Shown one piece after another: positions 29,601-42,800 of a stretch of 64,000 nt of DNA (within the stretch, counting starts at the first letter, position 1; each line of letters opens with the position of its first letter). The position numbers were made by a program, and so were the translations under genes. The stretch is from a virus, in IMG/VR virus record IMGVR_UViG_3300029286_000013; one strand, 5' to 3'. The notes beneath the pieces were generated by a model that saw nothing but the letters and a program-made list of their open reading frames with translations, did no database searches and was not told where the DNA came from.

Positions 29601-29957
29601 GATAATACTCGCCCTGCTTTAGCAAGTCAACTAGAGAATTTATTTGGTAGCAGTAAAATACCTACACCAAACTACGCCGGCAATCCTGCAACGACAGGGG
29701 AAACTTCAGGTACTGTGGCAGTAAATAAATTACAAGAAAAATTAAAACAACTTAATGATATAACGGCTGAAATTGATGTACAAAAGGAGGTAGTATCTAC
29801 GGCAACATTGGCTCTACGCAAAGCGACAGAAGATTTGCCTGCAGGAGATCCGGGAATTGAAACTGCAAAACAAGAATATATTGCACAACAAGTAAAAATG
29901 TTAGCGTTATTAAAGAAATCGACTGAATTAGCTTCCGATGCTAATAAACTTATCTAA
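26697..29957 (+). CDS. gp5: Baseplate central spike, gp5 / VgrG-like, with long Ala/Gly-rich extension
   Basis: VKDNIDPIRSGRLRV and PPDIGTTV OB fold; GHSIVMDD and GHQILMSD beta repeats; APAHSPW. Confidence 0.8.
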   Translation: MANNIFKPKGATSANKLGAGGAVVSPVPVFGIVKDNIDPIRSGRLRVYLSDMGGTDPDDANSWVTVNYMTSFYGLTEGTGDKTGYGTYLQNPISYGVWNSPPDIGTTVICIFINGDPNYGYWIGCVPEPEALYMVPANGSTETAVLNPSEANSYGGAKKLPVTNINTNNDAINNSPAFYNEPKPVNSYLAGVLNQQGLIRDTIRGTIGTSSQRESPSRVGWGVNTPGRPIYEGGFTDETIADAATGTGQQSSLKITSRRVGHSIVMDDGDLLGRDQLVRLRSSLGHQILMSDDGQCLFIIHANGQSWIELGKEGTIDMYATNSVNIRTQGDLNLHADNNININAKKDLKISAENINIETDKKMEIKAGTDFSTYTLGKYTLKTDYQMSFKSGGEASFASQNTTYINGSKINLNTGSSGTVPQVVKPLTRVAHTDTLYDATKGWAAAPGALVSIVSRAPAHSPWASANQGVDVKVDNNASANFPSAPSAAVAATNASVPSTPSAPVAPSVASTVPVTGAISKALDTNTTTGMVGAVATAAQTGKAAAAVKLGAGVVDGTAVIGKMAQSTQQLEAAGVIKPGSATLVNALISSGKTIEQAMPSAIFTGKPGAENIATYINNPTAQVQTQVSNFQQAQTQLTQAGVITGKEASGQIAGLVTATASVGLASTVNYLKTASGALGVGGVSGIVGKAGGAVNTMLGSVTGAISSGNFAANLTSVVTGGLGSIATSLGGLTKLGGGLSGLLDSAKGVAGSAFAAITKGFPTLKAGVPQNLKQIADKATADVQASGTEASDVAGVLKSAAANSGIDAASIASGAASSATNGLASVTTAVTTGLGASTNLASAAENAVNAAKATLPASASTGLSGLPGAQSAVSNIIDNAKGAVNLIPGTAGITAALGQVNAAVNIGSLPGGASSLINQLKLPGASLQALASIGLSPALAAKLNSSIASLSSGGSVPITLPNIGTRTDNTRPALASQLENLFGSSKIPTPNYAGNPATTGETSGTVAVNKLQEKLKQLNDITAEIDVQKEVVSTATLALRKATEDLPAGDPGIETAKQEYIAQQVKMLALLKKSTELASDANKLI

Positions 29958-29977
29958 ATACATTATAGGATAAAAAT

Positions 29978-30427
29978 ATGCCAACATATATAGGATTTTC
30001 AACAATCGGGGCGAATGAACCAAAGACAACTAATGCTAGTACCGGTATAGATGGTGGTACAGGTGGTGTATTACAACCAACTATCCCGGGTAAAAAGTAT
30101 CGTTTAGTAGATGAAGCTTTAGTGGTAAGAGACTTTATAAATGCATTGAATATTCAACAAGGACAAAAAGTTGGTAATCCTGGATATGGTTCTACTATTT
30201 GGAGCTTTGTTTTTGAGCCCAATGATCCACAGACTCAATTTAGACTTGAAAATGAAATTCGTAGAATTGCCAATGGTGATCCTAGATTGATAATTAATAC
30301 TGTAAAAAGTTATTCTCAGGAAAATGGCATATTACTTGAAGTAGAATTAGCTATCGCACCCTTTAACAATGCTGAAATATTGAATGTATTCTTCAATAAT
30401 TTAACTAATACAGCAACGATTCAATAA
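29978..30427 (+). CDS. gp25: Baseplate wedge subunit, gp25-like
   Basis: GQKVGNPGYGSTIWSFVFEP, DPR. Confidence 0.85.
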   Translation: MPTYIGFSTIGANEPKTTNASTGIDGGTGGVLQPTIPGKKYRLVDEALVVRDFINALNIQQGQKVGNPGYGSTIWSFVFEPNDPQTQFRLENEIRRIANGDPRLIINTVKSYSQENGILLEVELAIAPFNNAEILNVFFNNLTNTATIQ

Positions 30428-30473
30428 CAAAACAGTGGTTTCCTTTAAGATAAATACTTAAAAGAGAATAACT

Positions 30474-33400
30474 ATGGCTACAAGTTCAAGACAATCAGCA
30501 ATATTTGGTGTGCAAAATTGGCAGGCCATTTACCAAACCTTCCGAGAAGCAGATTTTAAAAGCTATGATTATGAAACTCTGCGTAAGAGTTTTATAGATT
30601 ATCTGCGAGTGTATTATCCTGAAACGTTTAACGATTACATTGAGTCTAGCGAATTTATTGCTTTACTTGACGTTATTGCGTTTATGGGTCAAGGTCTTGC
30701 TTTCCGCAACGATTTAAATACACGTGAAAACTTCATTGATACTGCCGAACGTAGAGACAGTGTTGTTAAACTAGCCAACTTAGTAAGCTATAACCCAAAG
30801 CGTAATAATGCAGGACAGGGTTATTTAAAAGTAACTAATATTAGTACAACTGAGAATATCACCGACATTAATGGTGTTAATCTAAGTAATCAAACAATTC
30901 TTTGGAATGATCCTGCAAATGCTAACTGGTTAGAGCAGTTCAATACAGTTGTAAATGCCACATTAATTAATAGTCAACGAGTAGGTCGTCCTGGAAATAG
31001 TGCTGATTTGTTAGGAGTTAAGACTGATGAATATAGTATTAATATTCCACCTGCTAGTTTACCTATTGTACCATTTACAAGTACAGTAGATACTATCAAT
31101 ATGAATTTTGAATTAGTTAGTGCCACTAGTTTAGATGAAGATTATGTTTATGAGATACCGCCGGCACCAAGCGGCAAGATGAATATGATGTATCGTAACG
31201 ATAGATTAGGTTACGGTAGTCCAAATACAGGTTTCTTCTTTTATTTTAAACAAGGAACATTACAGACTTACGATTTCAATTTAGCTCAACAGATTAGTAA
31301 TCAGGTAGTTGATATTGATATTCAGGGTATTAATAACACAGATACATGGTTATATCAAATAAATGCTAGCAATGGTGGTAGAACATTATGGAGATTAGTA
31401 GATAGTGTTTACGCTAATGCTAATTTACAAACGGAAACTAGTTATAAGAAAGTATTCTCAGTTGTTTCCAGATTCAATGACCAAGTTAGTTATACTTTCG
31501 GTGATGGAGTATTTTCCGAAGCACCAGTTGGAACATTTAGAGCATATGTACGTGCAGGTAATGCATTGACATATACTATTGACCAAACTGAAATGCAAGG
31601 AATTCAAGTAACAATACAGTATATTAGCAGAGCAGGACGAACAGAAGCACTCACTATAGGATTAGCATTACAAACACCAGCTTCAACAGCGCAAGCCAGA
31701 GAATCATTAGCAAACATTAAACTACGTGCTCCTGCTCGATATTATACACAGAACAGAATGGTTAATGGTGAAGATTATACAAATTTCCCATATACATTAT
31801 ACAGTTCAATTATTAAAAGTGCCGCTATTAATCGCAGTTCTATTGGCGTGTCTAAAAACTTAGACCTACTTGATCCTACAGGAAAATACTCCAGCACGAA
31901 TTCATTTGCAAGTGATGGTGGATTATATCAAAATAGCGATAACGGTAATTTGTTATTGACTATAACTAACACTGGCGATATTATTAAGTTCTTAACTGAT
32001 AACTTAGCATTAGCGTTAGCTGACAATAGAGCAAGACAATATTATCTACAAAATTATCCACGCTATAATATTAACAATGCTTCAGGTGATGGCACTGTAT
32101 ATTGGAACACAAGCACAACTGACGCAAATAGCATCACTGGTTATTTTTATAACATTGATGGTTCAGCAAATACTCCTATTGCTACTGGAACATACAACAC
32201 ACATAATATGAAGTATGTAACTAAAAGCGCATTAATTAAAGTTACTGCACCAAACGGTGCATACTTTGATGATAACAATCGATTAGTTTATGGTATTGCA
32301 AGTGCAAGCGATACCACATACTTTTGGACTACTGTATTAAATGTTATTGGTGATGGTTATAATAATGGTGAAGGTAATTTCAGCAACGGCTCAGGTCCAG
32401 TTACACTAAACGGATATATTCCAACTGGAGCAATTATCACACAGGTTATACCATCATTTGGTAACACTCTTCCTACAGCAGTTATTAATGAATGTGTTAT
32501 CAGAATGGAATTAAATCAAAGTTTCAGTTTGTTATTTAACAACGCATTATTGATTACACAAGACCGTTGGAGTATTGATGCATATAACGCTACTGGTTGG
32601 TTTGTAAACTTTAACAGTGTTGGTAATAACAGATATCAAATTGAGTATAAGTCATTAAGATATTATTTTGGTAGTGTCGCAGATACACGCTTCTGGTATG
32701 AGAGTGGTAAATTAGTATATGACCCATTTACTGGTAAAATATTAGCTGATTTTGTTAAAGTACTACCTTCAAATACACAACCAAATAGTAATGCACCATT
32801 AGCAAGACCAGTACAAATGAATGTAATTGGACAAACTGTTGAGAGTGATGGCTATGTAAATGATTTTGAAGTTGAAGTAGCAAGTATAGATATAAACAAC
32901 AATGAAATTGTTGTTGACCCTGACTTCTTCCAAACAGTAACTGGTTATGTAACTGGTTCTAGTAATACAGGTATCTACACATTCTTTGAATTAATTGAAG
33001 ATGCTGTTAATTTATCACGTTACCAATTAATTGCTACGAGTGATATAATATACCAGTACCCAACATTAACAAATATTGAAGTAATTAAATATGAATATCC
33101 ATTAGGCCAAGTATTCTATGCATTCAGCGAAAATGTATTTTATACTACTGTACAAGATACAAGTGTAACAACTCCTTATTATCTAGTAGTTGAACAACCG
33201 CAATATAGTATGCAGCCTGGAAGACAAGCAATATTATATCAGTATAGGCATAACAGTAACAATACAACACGTATTGATCCTGCTACTACAAACATTATTG
33301 ATTTATATTTGGTAACACAGGCATACTATACAGCCTACACAAATTGGATACAAGATACTACCGGTACAGTACCTAAACCAGATGTCCCTACCATTAATGA

Positions 33401-33845
33401 ATTACAGCAAGCATATGGTAATTTAGATGATTATAAAATGTTAACCGATAGTGTCATACCAAATAGTGTTCGCTTCCTTCCTTTGTTTGGAACAAAAGCC
33501 CCTGCACAATTGCAAGGAACAGTTAAGGTAATCAAGTCACCATCAACTAACGCAAGTGATAGTGAAATACGTAGCGCAGTATTATCTGCAATGAATAGTT
33601 ATTTTAATATTAATAACTGGAGCTTTGGAGACACATTTTATTTTAGTGAATTAGGAGCATATTTACACGCACAACTGGGAGACCTTGTAAGTTCAGTTGT
33701 ACTTGTACCAAACGATCCAACTATGAGCTTTGGAGATTTGTATGAAATCAAATCAGCACCTTATGAAATTTTTGTGAATGGTGCAACTGCAAGTGATGTA
33801 GTTGTGATTGCGGCTTTAACACCAGTGCAATTACAAATAAGATAA
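30474..33845 (+). CDS. gp6: Baseplate wedge subunit, gp6-like
   Basis: ENFIDTAERRDSV..LA..VSYNP, FGDG, TQNRMVNGEDY. Confidence 0.85.
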   Translation: MATSSRQSAIFGVQNWQAIYQTFREADFKSYDYETLRKSFIDYLRVYYPETFNDYIESSEFIALLDVIAFMGQGLAFRNDLNTRENFIDTAERRDSVVKLANLVSYNPKRNNAGQGYLKVTNISTTENITDINGVNLSNQTILWNDPANANWLEQFNTVVNATLINSQRVGRPGNSADLLGVKTDEYSINIPPASLPIVPFTSTVDTINMNFELVSATSLDEDYVYEIPPAPSGKMNMMYRNDRLGYGSPNTGFFFYFKQGTLQTYDFNLAQQISNQVVDIDIQGINNTDTWLYQINASNGGRTLWRLVDSVYANANLQTETSYKKVFSVVSRFNDQVSYTFGDGVFSEAPVGTFRAYVRAGNALTYTIDQTEMQGIQVTIQYISRAGRTEALTIGLALQTPASTAQARESLANIKLRAPARYYTQNRMVNGEDYTNFPYTLYSSIIKSAAINRSSIGVSKNLDLLDPTGKYSSTNSFASDGGLYQNSDNGNLLLTITNTGDIIKFLTDNLALALADNRARQYYLQNYPRYNINNASGDGTVYWNTSTTDANSITGYFYNIDGSANTPIATGTYNTHNMKYVTKSALIKVTAPNGAYFDDNNRLVYGIASASDTTYFWTTVLNVIGDGYNNGEGNFSNGSGPVTLNGYIPTGAIITQVIPSFGNTLPTAVINECVIRMELNQSFSLLFNNALLITQDRWSIDAYNATGWFVNFNSVGNNRYQIEYKSLRYYFGSVADTRFWYESGKLVYDPFTGKILADFVKVLPSNTQPNSNAPLARPVQMNVIGQTVESDGYVNDFEVEVASIDINNNEIVVDPDFFQTVTGYVTGSSNTGIYTFFELIEDAVNLSRYQLIATSDIIYQYPTLTNIEVIKYEYPLGQVFYAFSENVFYTTVQDTSVTTPYYLVVEQPQYSMQPGRQAILYQYRHNSNNTTRIDPATTNIIDLYLVTQAYYTAYTNWIQDTTGTVPKPDVPTINELQQAYGNLDDYKMLTDSVIPNSVRFLPLFGTKAPAQLQGTVKVIKSPSTNASDSEIRSAVLSAMNSYFNINNWSFGDTFYFSELGAYLHAQLGDLVSSVVLVPNDPTMSFGDLYEIKSAPYEIFVNGATASDVVVIAALTPVQLQIR

Positions 33846-33869
33846 GTATATAACAACTAGAGAGTTATA

Positions 33870-36800
33870 ATGGCAGCACGAATTAGAACACTAAATTTTT
33901 TACCAGAGATATTCCAAACACCTACTAATAGTCAATTCTTGGGGGCAACACTGGATCAAATCGTTGACCAACCCAATACGATGAGGATTGAGGGTTATAT
34001 TGGTAGTAAATTTGGTTATGGTATTAACGCTAAAGATAATTACGTAGTAGAACCTACAAAAGTTCGCAGAGATTATCAATTAGATCCTGGAGTTGTTTTT
34101 ACCAAAACAAATACAAATACTGCTAAAGATTTTATCAGTTATCCCGGTATCATAGATGCATTAAAATTAGAAGGTGCATTAACAGATAACAATGATAGAT
34201 TATTCAACAGTGAATTTTATTCTTGGGATAGCTTTACTAACTTAGATAAAATAATTAACTTTAATCAATATTATTGGTTGCCAACAGGTGCACCATCTGT
34301 TAATATTTCCACAGATATTGTTTATACTGCCACAGACTACACAGTTAGAAGTCTACCTAATGGTTATAATATATCGAGTGACGTTAATCCAGCCGGCACA
34401 ACCAATCCCACATTAACATTGATTCGTGGTGGCACATATACGTTTACTGTAAATCAGCCTACTGAATTTTGGATTCAAGGTAAACCGGGTATTACTGGAT
34501 ATGATCCACAACAACTTAATTTACAAACACGTGATGTATTGGGTGTTGAAAATAATGGCACGACTACCGGTGTCGTTATATTTACAGTACCATATAAAAA
34601 TGCACAAGATGAATATAACTTCCCGGGTAATAATTTAGTAGACGTTGTGTCTACTACACCGTTCGACCAAATCAATGGTCAGTTGTTAAGTGATGTAGGC
34701 AACATTGATGGCGTGACAGGACTTGAAGGTCTTACTGTTATGTTTTACAATACCGGAGTTGTTGATGAACAAGGATTTACTTCTAAGTTTTATGATACTA
34801 CATTATTTGATGAAGATGGTGGTGCGAGCTACACACCACCTGGCACTAGTGCTGATTTCAATAATTTTGAAGGTGGCTTTTATACGGATGTATCTGCTAC
34901 ATTCTACACAATAACTTATGTAGGTGACCCATCTGATCCTGTATTAAGATTAGTTCCTGCAAGTAACATTCCAACAAATGAAAAGATTACTGCAAACTAT
35001 GGCACAGAATGGAAAGCACGAAACTTTTTCCGCAACACTAGTGGATCTATTAATCTTGTACCATATCTAAGTGCTATATTAGATACATTGTATTACCAAG
35101 ACGGCACAAGTGCTAACAAGGTTGGTATCATTAGATTGATTGAAAGCAATTCAACTAATCAAATAGATATTACTGAAATATTAGGTCAACAACAATATAC
35201 AAGTCCAAATGGTGTAGTGTTTACTAATGGTCTTAAAGTAAGTTTCAGTGGTGATATTTTTCCTACAAGCTATAAAGATGGTGAATATTATGTAGAAGGT
35301 GTTGGTACAGCAATTGAATTATTAAACGTAGCAGACCTTATTACACCGGAACCTTTTACTGAAGGTGCATACACCCCATTTGATTCATTGCCATATGATA
35401 TAGGTAACTATGATAGCACACTATACATCCCTGTGTATCAAGATTATATTACGATTGCACGAAACAGTATAGATAAAAATGCTTGGTCAAGAAGCAACCG
35501 TTGGTTCCACATTGATGTTATCAATGCAACTGCTACCTATAATAATAATCCTGCGATTGCAACAATATATGCAACACAGGACAATAAAGCTAAACGCCCA
35601 ATCATTGAGTTTTATCCTAATTTAAGGTTATTTAATAATGGTGTCGTTGGCAAAGATCCAATTGATTTCTTTGATGATAGAACAACTGATGCATTTACAC
35701 TTGTAGCCGGTCAAGAAAATTATTGGCCAGACGTTGAAACATATACTGCTTATACTGCAACTATTGCAGGTGTTACTGGAACAAGTACGACAATTACTAT
35801 TGCCGCATCAGATGTTACCGGCACATTTCAGGTTGGGCAATACATAAGTGATACTACAAATGTCTTACCTAGAAATACTCAAATTACTACTATTACAGGT
35901 ACGTCAACCTTAACACTTACTGTGACTTGGGATACTTCTACAACGATTCCTGCCACTACAGGTTCATCATTGGTAGCAAATGATTTATCAAATGATAATT
36001 ATTCATTATATGATGGTGCAAGAATTGTTTTTTCTGCCGATACAAATGAAAATGTTAGAAACAAAATATATGTTGTAAGATTTTCTGATATACAAGGTAC
36101 AGGCACGCCGGTAATTACTCTTACTGAAGCAAGTGACGGATTAGTATTACCGTTGGAATGCACCTTTGCATTTAAGGGATATAATAATGAAGGTAAAGAT
36201 TTTTACTTTGATGGTATTGAATGGTTAATAGCACAACAAAAAACAACAGTTAATCAAGCACCATACTTTGATATATTTGATAATGATGGCATTAGTTTTG
36301 GCAACACCGATGTATATGTAGGTACATCATTTGCTGGCAATAAATTATTCAGTTATGGAATTGGTTCTGGAATTAAAGATATTGTACTAGGATTCCCACT
36401 ACGTTATAGTGCAGTTAATAACGTAGGTGATATCAGTTTTGACGTACCATTAAACAGTGAAACATTTAATTATGTAAGTGGTACTAATCCAATTACACAA
36501 AAAGTTAATACAGGTTATGTATATAATTACACATCTGGAACAACTGTTGTTAGACAATTAGGATGGCAAACCGCTGTTGCAGAAAGTCGTCAGTATCAAA
36601 TATTTTCTTTTAACTATGTTGCATCTGAAGCAACTACAACCTATACTTGTGATATAGCTGCCTCAACAAATACAGTATGGCCTAATATTCAAGTTTACGT
36701 TAATAACGTATTACAAGATACATCAACTTATACTTTTACCATTACAGATAATACTACAGTTGTAAATTTCACTGTACCTAATCCACTGATTGATACAGTA

Positions 36801-39800
36801 GTTGAAATCACATTATTAAGCGATCAGGTAAGTCCAACTGCATACTATCAAATACCTATCAACTTACAAAACAATCCGTTCAATGATGATGTATCTGTTG
36901 TTAACGTAGGTGACATTCGCGGTCAATATCAAAGTATTTTCTATAACAACCCAAACACAACCGGCGACGTTTTTGGCTCAAACAATTATCGTGACTTAGG
37001 TAATCTTGTGCCTTGGGGAAATAAGATTATTCAAAATAGTGCAAGTTTAGCATTACCTGGATCGTTGTTAAGGTCACAAAATAATAATCTTATTAATTCT
37101 TTGCAGTATAACAGTCAGCAGTATATTACTTTTAGGTCGTTATTGGTTTATACTATAGATAGAACTGAATATAACATATATCAGACTCCTGCAACTATTT
37201 TAGATGATGCATTGGATCAAATTACCCAAAACAAAACAGAATCAGAACCTTTTTTCTGGAGTGATATGTTGCCAAGTAAAGCGGCATATGCTACTAATAC
37301 ATATACTTTTGCTAACTCATTAGATACAAGTATCTACCCTTTAACAAGAATTTATAATTTTGATACCGCAAATTATTATGGCGTATTAGTTTATTTGACT
37401 ACAACAGTAGATAACTTTACATCAACACAACAATTGATTGTTAATCAGGATTATACAGTAAGTACAGATACTCCATCATTGACTATTACAAAAGACTTAT
37501 CTGCTGGAGACATTGTAACAATTAAAGAATACAATCAGACTTTTGGAAGTTATGTACCAAACACTCCTACTAAATTAGGATTATACCCCTCATTTATTCC
37601 CGGAGTTGTATTAGATAGTAATTATTCTCAACCTACATATTTTATTCAAGGACATGATGGTTCATATACTAAATTATATGGAGAATATATTGATGGAAAT
37701 TTAGTTGACTTTAGAGACCAAGCACTATTGGAATTTGAATCACGTGTTTATAATAATCTTAAATTAACAGACATAGTTCCTATTACTGAATATGATGTTA
37801 TTCCGGGATTCTTTAGAACAACCAACTACTCATATGATGAAGTCTTACAAATATACAGTCAGTATTTCTTAAATTGGGTTGGGCAGAATCGCATTGAATA
37901 TAAGAAACAATTTTATCAACCCAATGACCAGTTTAGTTATAATTACACCCAGTCCGGTAATAGAATTAATGGACAACCAATTCCACAAGGATTCTGGAGA
38001 GGTATATATGAGTACTTCTATGATACAAGTACTCCAAACACCACACCTTGGGAAATGATTGGCTTTACAAATCAACCAACTTGGTGGACTGATAGATACG
38101 GCGCCGCACCATACACAAGTGATAACTTGGTATTATGGGGAGATATGGCTGCGGGCATCAACTGGAATAACGGTGATCCAATTGTCTTGCCTGAATTTAT
38201 TAGAGAAGAATTATTAAGTGTAATACCAGTAGATGGTGCAGGTAATTTATTATCCCCGTTTGATGCAGTGATGGGTAACTATAATTTCAGAACATTTAGA
38301 AATGAATGGGCTGTAGGAGATGTAGGCCCAGTTGAATTCTCATACCGCAGAAGCAGTAGTTGGCCTTTCGACTTAATGAAGATTCTTGCTCTTACTAAAC
38401 CTGCAAAATTCTTTAACTTGGGTTTTGATGTAGACAACTACAAATTTAGTACGGAGTTTAATCAATATCTAGTTAATAATCGCAGTCACTTAGTGATTAG
38501 TGATGTTGCCATATATGGTAATGGAACGGCAAAAACAAGTTATATAAACTGGATAGTTGATTATGAAAAGCAAGTTGGTATTAATGCCACACAAAATATT
38601 ACAGACTTATTTGATAATTTAGATGTAAGATTGATTTATAGATTGGCAGGATTTAGTGATAAGAGTTTGCTTGGTTTCTATGTTGAAAAGGGAACACCAA
38701 ACAGTAGAAATGCATCATTACTAATTCCAGACGAAAGTTATAGTGTAGTATTGTATGATAATGTACCTATAACCACTGTAATTTATAGCGGCGTTGTTGT
38801 GCAAAGCACAAACGCTGGTTGGAAAGTATTTGGTAACTCACAAGATACCGCATACTTCACTACGGTAACTCCTAAGATTAATGGAAACTACAATAAAGTT
38901 ACAGTGGGTAATATATCAGTTCAACTAGCAAATGACTATACTGAAAACAAAACTAATATTGTACCATACGGAACTGAGTTTCTTGACTTACAATCACTAA
39001 GTCAATTTATAGCTAACTATGGAAGATATTTATTAACACAAGGTGTATTATTTGACCAAATAGAATCTGGTATAGATGTTAACTGGCGTCAAATGGTTAC
39101 GGAATTATTATACTGGGCACAGAGTGGTTGGGAAACAGGAAGTTTAATTAACTTAAATCCAGCCGCTAATTTGATTACTATTAATAAAGATAGTCATATA
39201 GTTCAACCTCTAACACTACAAAGACAAAACTTTATTTTAAATCAAAACTTCTACCCAATACAAAGTAATGAATTATCAGTAACACGTGATAGTACGTTCT
39301 TTAGTGCAACACCATTAAATGAAGGTGATACTGTTGCGTATGGTCAGTTTAACATTAGTAACTTTGAACACGGTATTGTGTTTGATAATGTTACTGTGTT
39401 CAATGACGTATTGTATAATTTAGTAACTGGCTTAAGACAAAATCGTATCTTAACCAGAGGCACAAAGTCTGCTGATTGGAATGGTACTATTGATGCACAA
39501 GGCTTTATTCTTAACCAAAATAATATTGAAGAATGGAGTACTAATCAAAAGTATACAAGAGGCAGTATTGTTAAGTATAAAAACAAATATTGGTTTGCAT
39601 TAAAAGTATTAAATGCAAAGGAAATATTTGAAGAACAGTATTGGAAAGAAACTGATTATAATGAGATTCAGAAAGGGTTACTGCCTAACAGTTCAACACG
39701 TTCATATGAAGCAACATTGTTTTATGATACAAACAAAACTAATTTAGACCAAGATAGTGACCTACTAAGTTGGTCATTGATTGGATATAGACCACGTGAT

Positions 39801-42800
39801 TACTTAGCATTAGCTGATTTGACAGACATAACACAGGTTAATGTTTATAAAAATCTTATCAAAGAAAAAGGTACACGAATTGCGGCAAATAGTTTTAAAG
39901 GATTAAACTTACCACAAGGTGGTATTGATTATGATGTGTATGAAAACTGGGCTATTAAGACCGGCGAGTTTGGTGGTGTATTAAACAATAACTTTGTTGA
40001 TTTTAGATTAAATCAAAATCAATTAACAGGTAATCCATCTATTGTTGGACTTACTACCGGTGTGTATACTGATGGTGTAGAACAAGAAGTACCGTTATAT
40101 TCAGTTTTTAATTATGGAAGACCTATAAATAATCCAAATGTATTACCCACATTACCGTCAGATACACCAAATAGAGTGTTCCCGGATGCAGGTTATACTA
40201 ACTTTAATGATGTTAAAATCTCATCGTACTATTATAATGGATTGAATACTGCAACAACTCCTCTATCACATTTATATGTAAATGAATACGTATGGTTAGC
40301 TGATTATAATAGCACTTGGCAAGTATATACTCCAACAAGTGCCGGACAAGTAGTGGGTGCAATCAATAACTTAAATGGAACTGTCACACTACAGTTTGCA
40401 ACACCGCACAATTTAACAAAATATCAACCATTTGCTATTATTAATTTTAATAGTAATATTGATGGTTACAGAATTGTTGCAACAGTAGTAGATCCATTTA
40501 GAGTAACTATTCTATTAAGTTTATCATCGGCATTGACAACAATCACCGGTGAAGGTGTTGCGATGAAATTCTCATCTCAACGTGTAGCTACACCAAGTGA
40601 TATTAATAACTTGCCTTTACTTGACAGTGAATTTGTAAAGAACAAAGTTTGGGTTGATGAAAATGATGATGGCTCTTGGGCTGTATATCGTAAGAGTTTA
40701 AACTATGTATATGAAGATGAATTATTAAAAACTAATTCATTAACATATGGTAGTGCAGTTGCACAAACAAGTAATTTAGGTTATTTGATTAGTGACGCAG
40801 AGACCGGTGTTGCATATCGTTATTCTTATAGCTCGGTTTTTGATTCTTATAGTATTGTTCAAACAATTACTGAGGGTATATCTTTTGGTTCTACGATTGC
40901 ATATTCAGATAATTTATTTGTAATATCACAACCAACTGGTGCAGCCTATACTGACAGAAAAGTTTATATTTACGATTTAGTAATTAACAATTTACTTAAC
41001 GAATTGCAAGAAGTACAAGTAATTGAATCACCTGATGACGATTCTGTAACCAACTGGGGTTCTTCAATCGCATTATCTGGTGACCAAAATTGGCTATACA
41101 TCTCTGCATATGAACAGAATTTAGTTTATGTCTATCGTAAATCTGATTTAACTACTTTATATGAATTATCTGACACGATTACAGTTGCCGGATTAAGTGC
41201 AGGTGATAGTTTTGGTTATTCTATTGCCACAAACTATTATGGTAATATTGTAGCTGTTAGTGCGCCAGAAAATGATACCGTTGTTGCTGATTTAGGTACT
41301 GCTTACTCTTTTGAAAGGTTAGTACAAACGTTTGAGGCACCATTTACAAGCTCACCGTTTGCCCCACAAACGTTTAGTTTGATATTTACACCAATCACAA
41401 CACCAGTGACGGTCACTGATACTAACGCAGGTACTGACCGTTTTACGTGTACTGACAGTTCTGTTCTAACAGTTGGTTATCCTATCGTGTTTACTGGAAC
41501 TGTATTTGGTGGAGTATCATTAAACACAGTTTATTATGTATTGGCTAAACCATCAGGAACTACTTTCACTGTATCTACTGAACGAGGTGGTTCAACATTA
41601 CAATTAATTACCGACACTGGTTCAATGTCCGCTGTTCAACAAACTGAACCAATCTTTGTAAGCGTTAATGGGACATTGATTGATGATAATGAATACGGTG
41701 TTGTTGGAACAAATATTAATGTTTACCAATCATTAACTGCAGGTGATATCATTACTGTAAGCGGTTCTGAATTTGTATTAACACAAGAATTCACATCAGT
41801 AGATGCTAATCCTGAAGTTGGAACAAACTTTGGTTATAGCTTAGATGTAGACACTTATGCAAATGAATTATTGATTGGCGCACCGTTTGAAATTAACAGT
41901 CAAAATGCTGAAGGTGCTGTTTATCGTTATACATATGGAGGTAGCAGTTATGGTATAGTTACCGGCACTACTGAGTGCAACGTAACTGCGGCTACTACAA
42001 TATTAGTAAATGGTTATGCTGTAAATATTCCTGCAGGAAATGCAACGGCAGCTGCCAATGCTATTACTTCTGCAAACATCACAAACGTTACTGCATCTGC
42101 TTCAAATAACATTTTAACTATTCAAGTTATCAGTGTAGATTTAGCGTTTATCAATGCTAAGTTAACTGTGTCTGTTTTAGATGCTGATGTATTAGACCAA
42201 TTGGGTATACAGTTATATACACAAACACAATTAATCAATGACCCGCATAGTCAAGGTAGAACACAATTTGGTTCTACTATTAAATTTAACTCTAGTGGTT
42301 CATTTGTAGTAAGTGCTCCGGCATCAGCACGATATGCAGAAACAACGTTTGATGCAAGTGATGATGAAAACTATGACAATGATACATTGTTTGATAACAA
42401 TACAACACAGTTCATAGATAGTTTTGTTAATGCAGGCGCAGTGTATATGTACGATTACTTGCCTGTTTACAATGAAAATGTAAATAATTCTGGTGCATAT
42501 GTATATGCTCAAAGCGTTAATGCACTGAATGAAGATTATGGTAGCCAACCATATTATGGTACAGCGTTAGATTTTAATAATAACAGCGTTATCATTGGTA
42601 CACCTAACTTTAGACCTGGATATGATAATGGTCAAGTAGTGATTTATAACAATAGTTCAGGTGAATCTGATTGGATAGTGTATCGTAATTCTGCACCAAT
42701 CGTTGATACTGATGCTATACAAAACGTTCAGTTATATAGTGTATCAACTAACAATACATTAGACAATTTAGATTATATTGATCCGTTGCAAGGTAAATTA

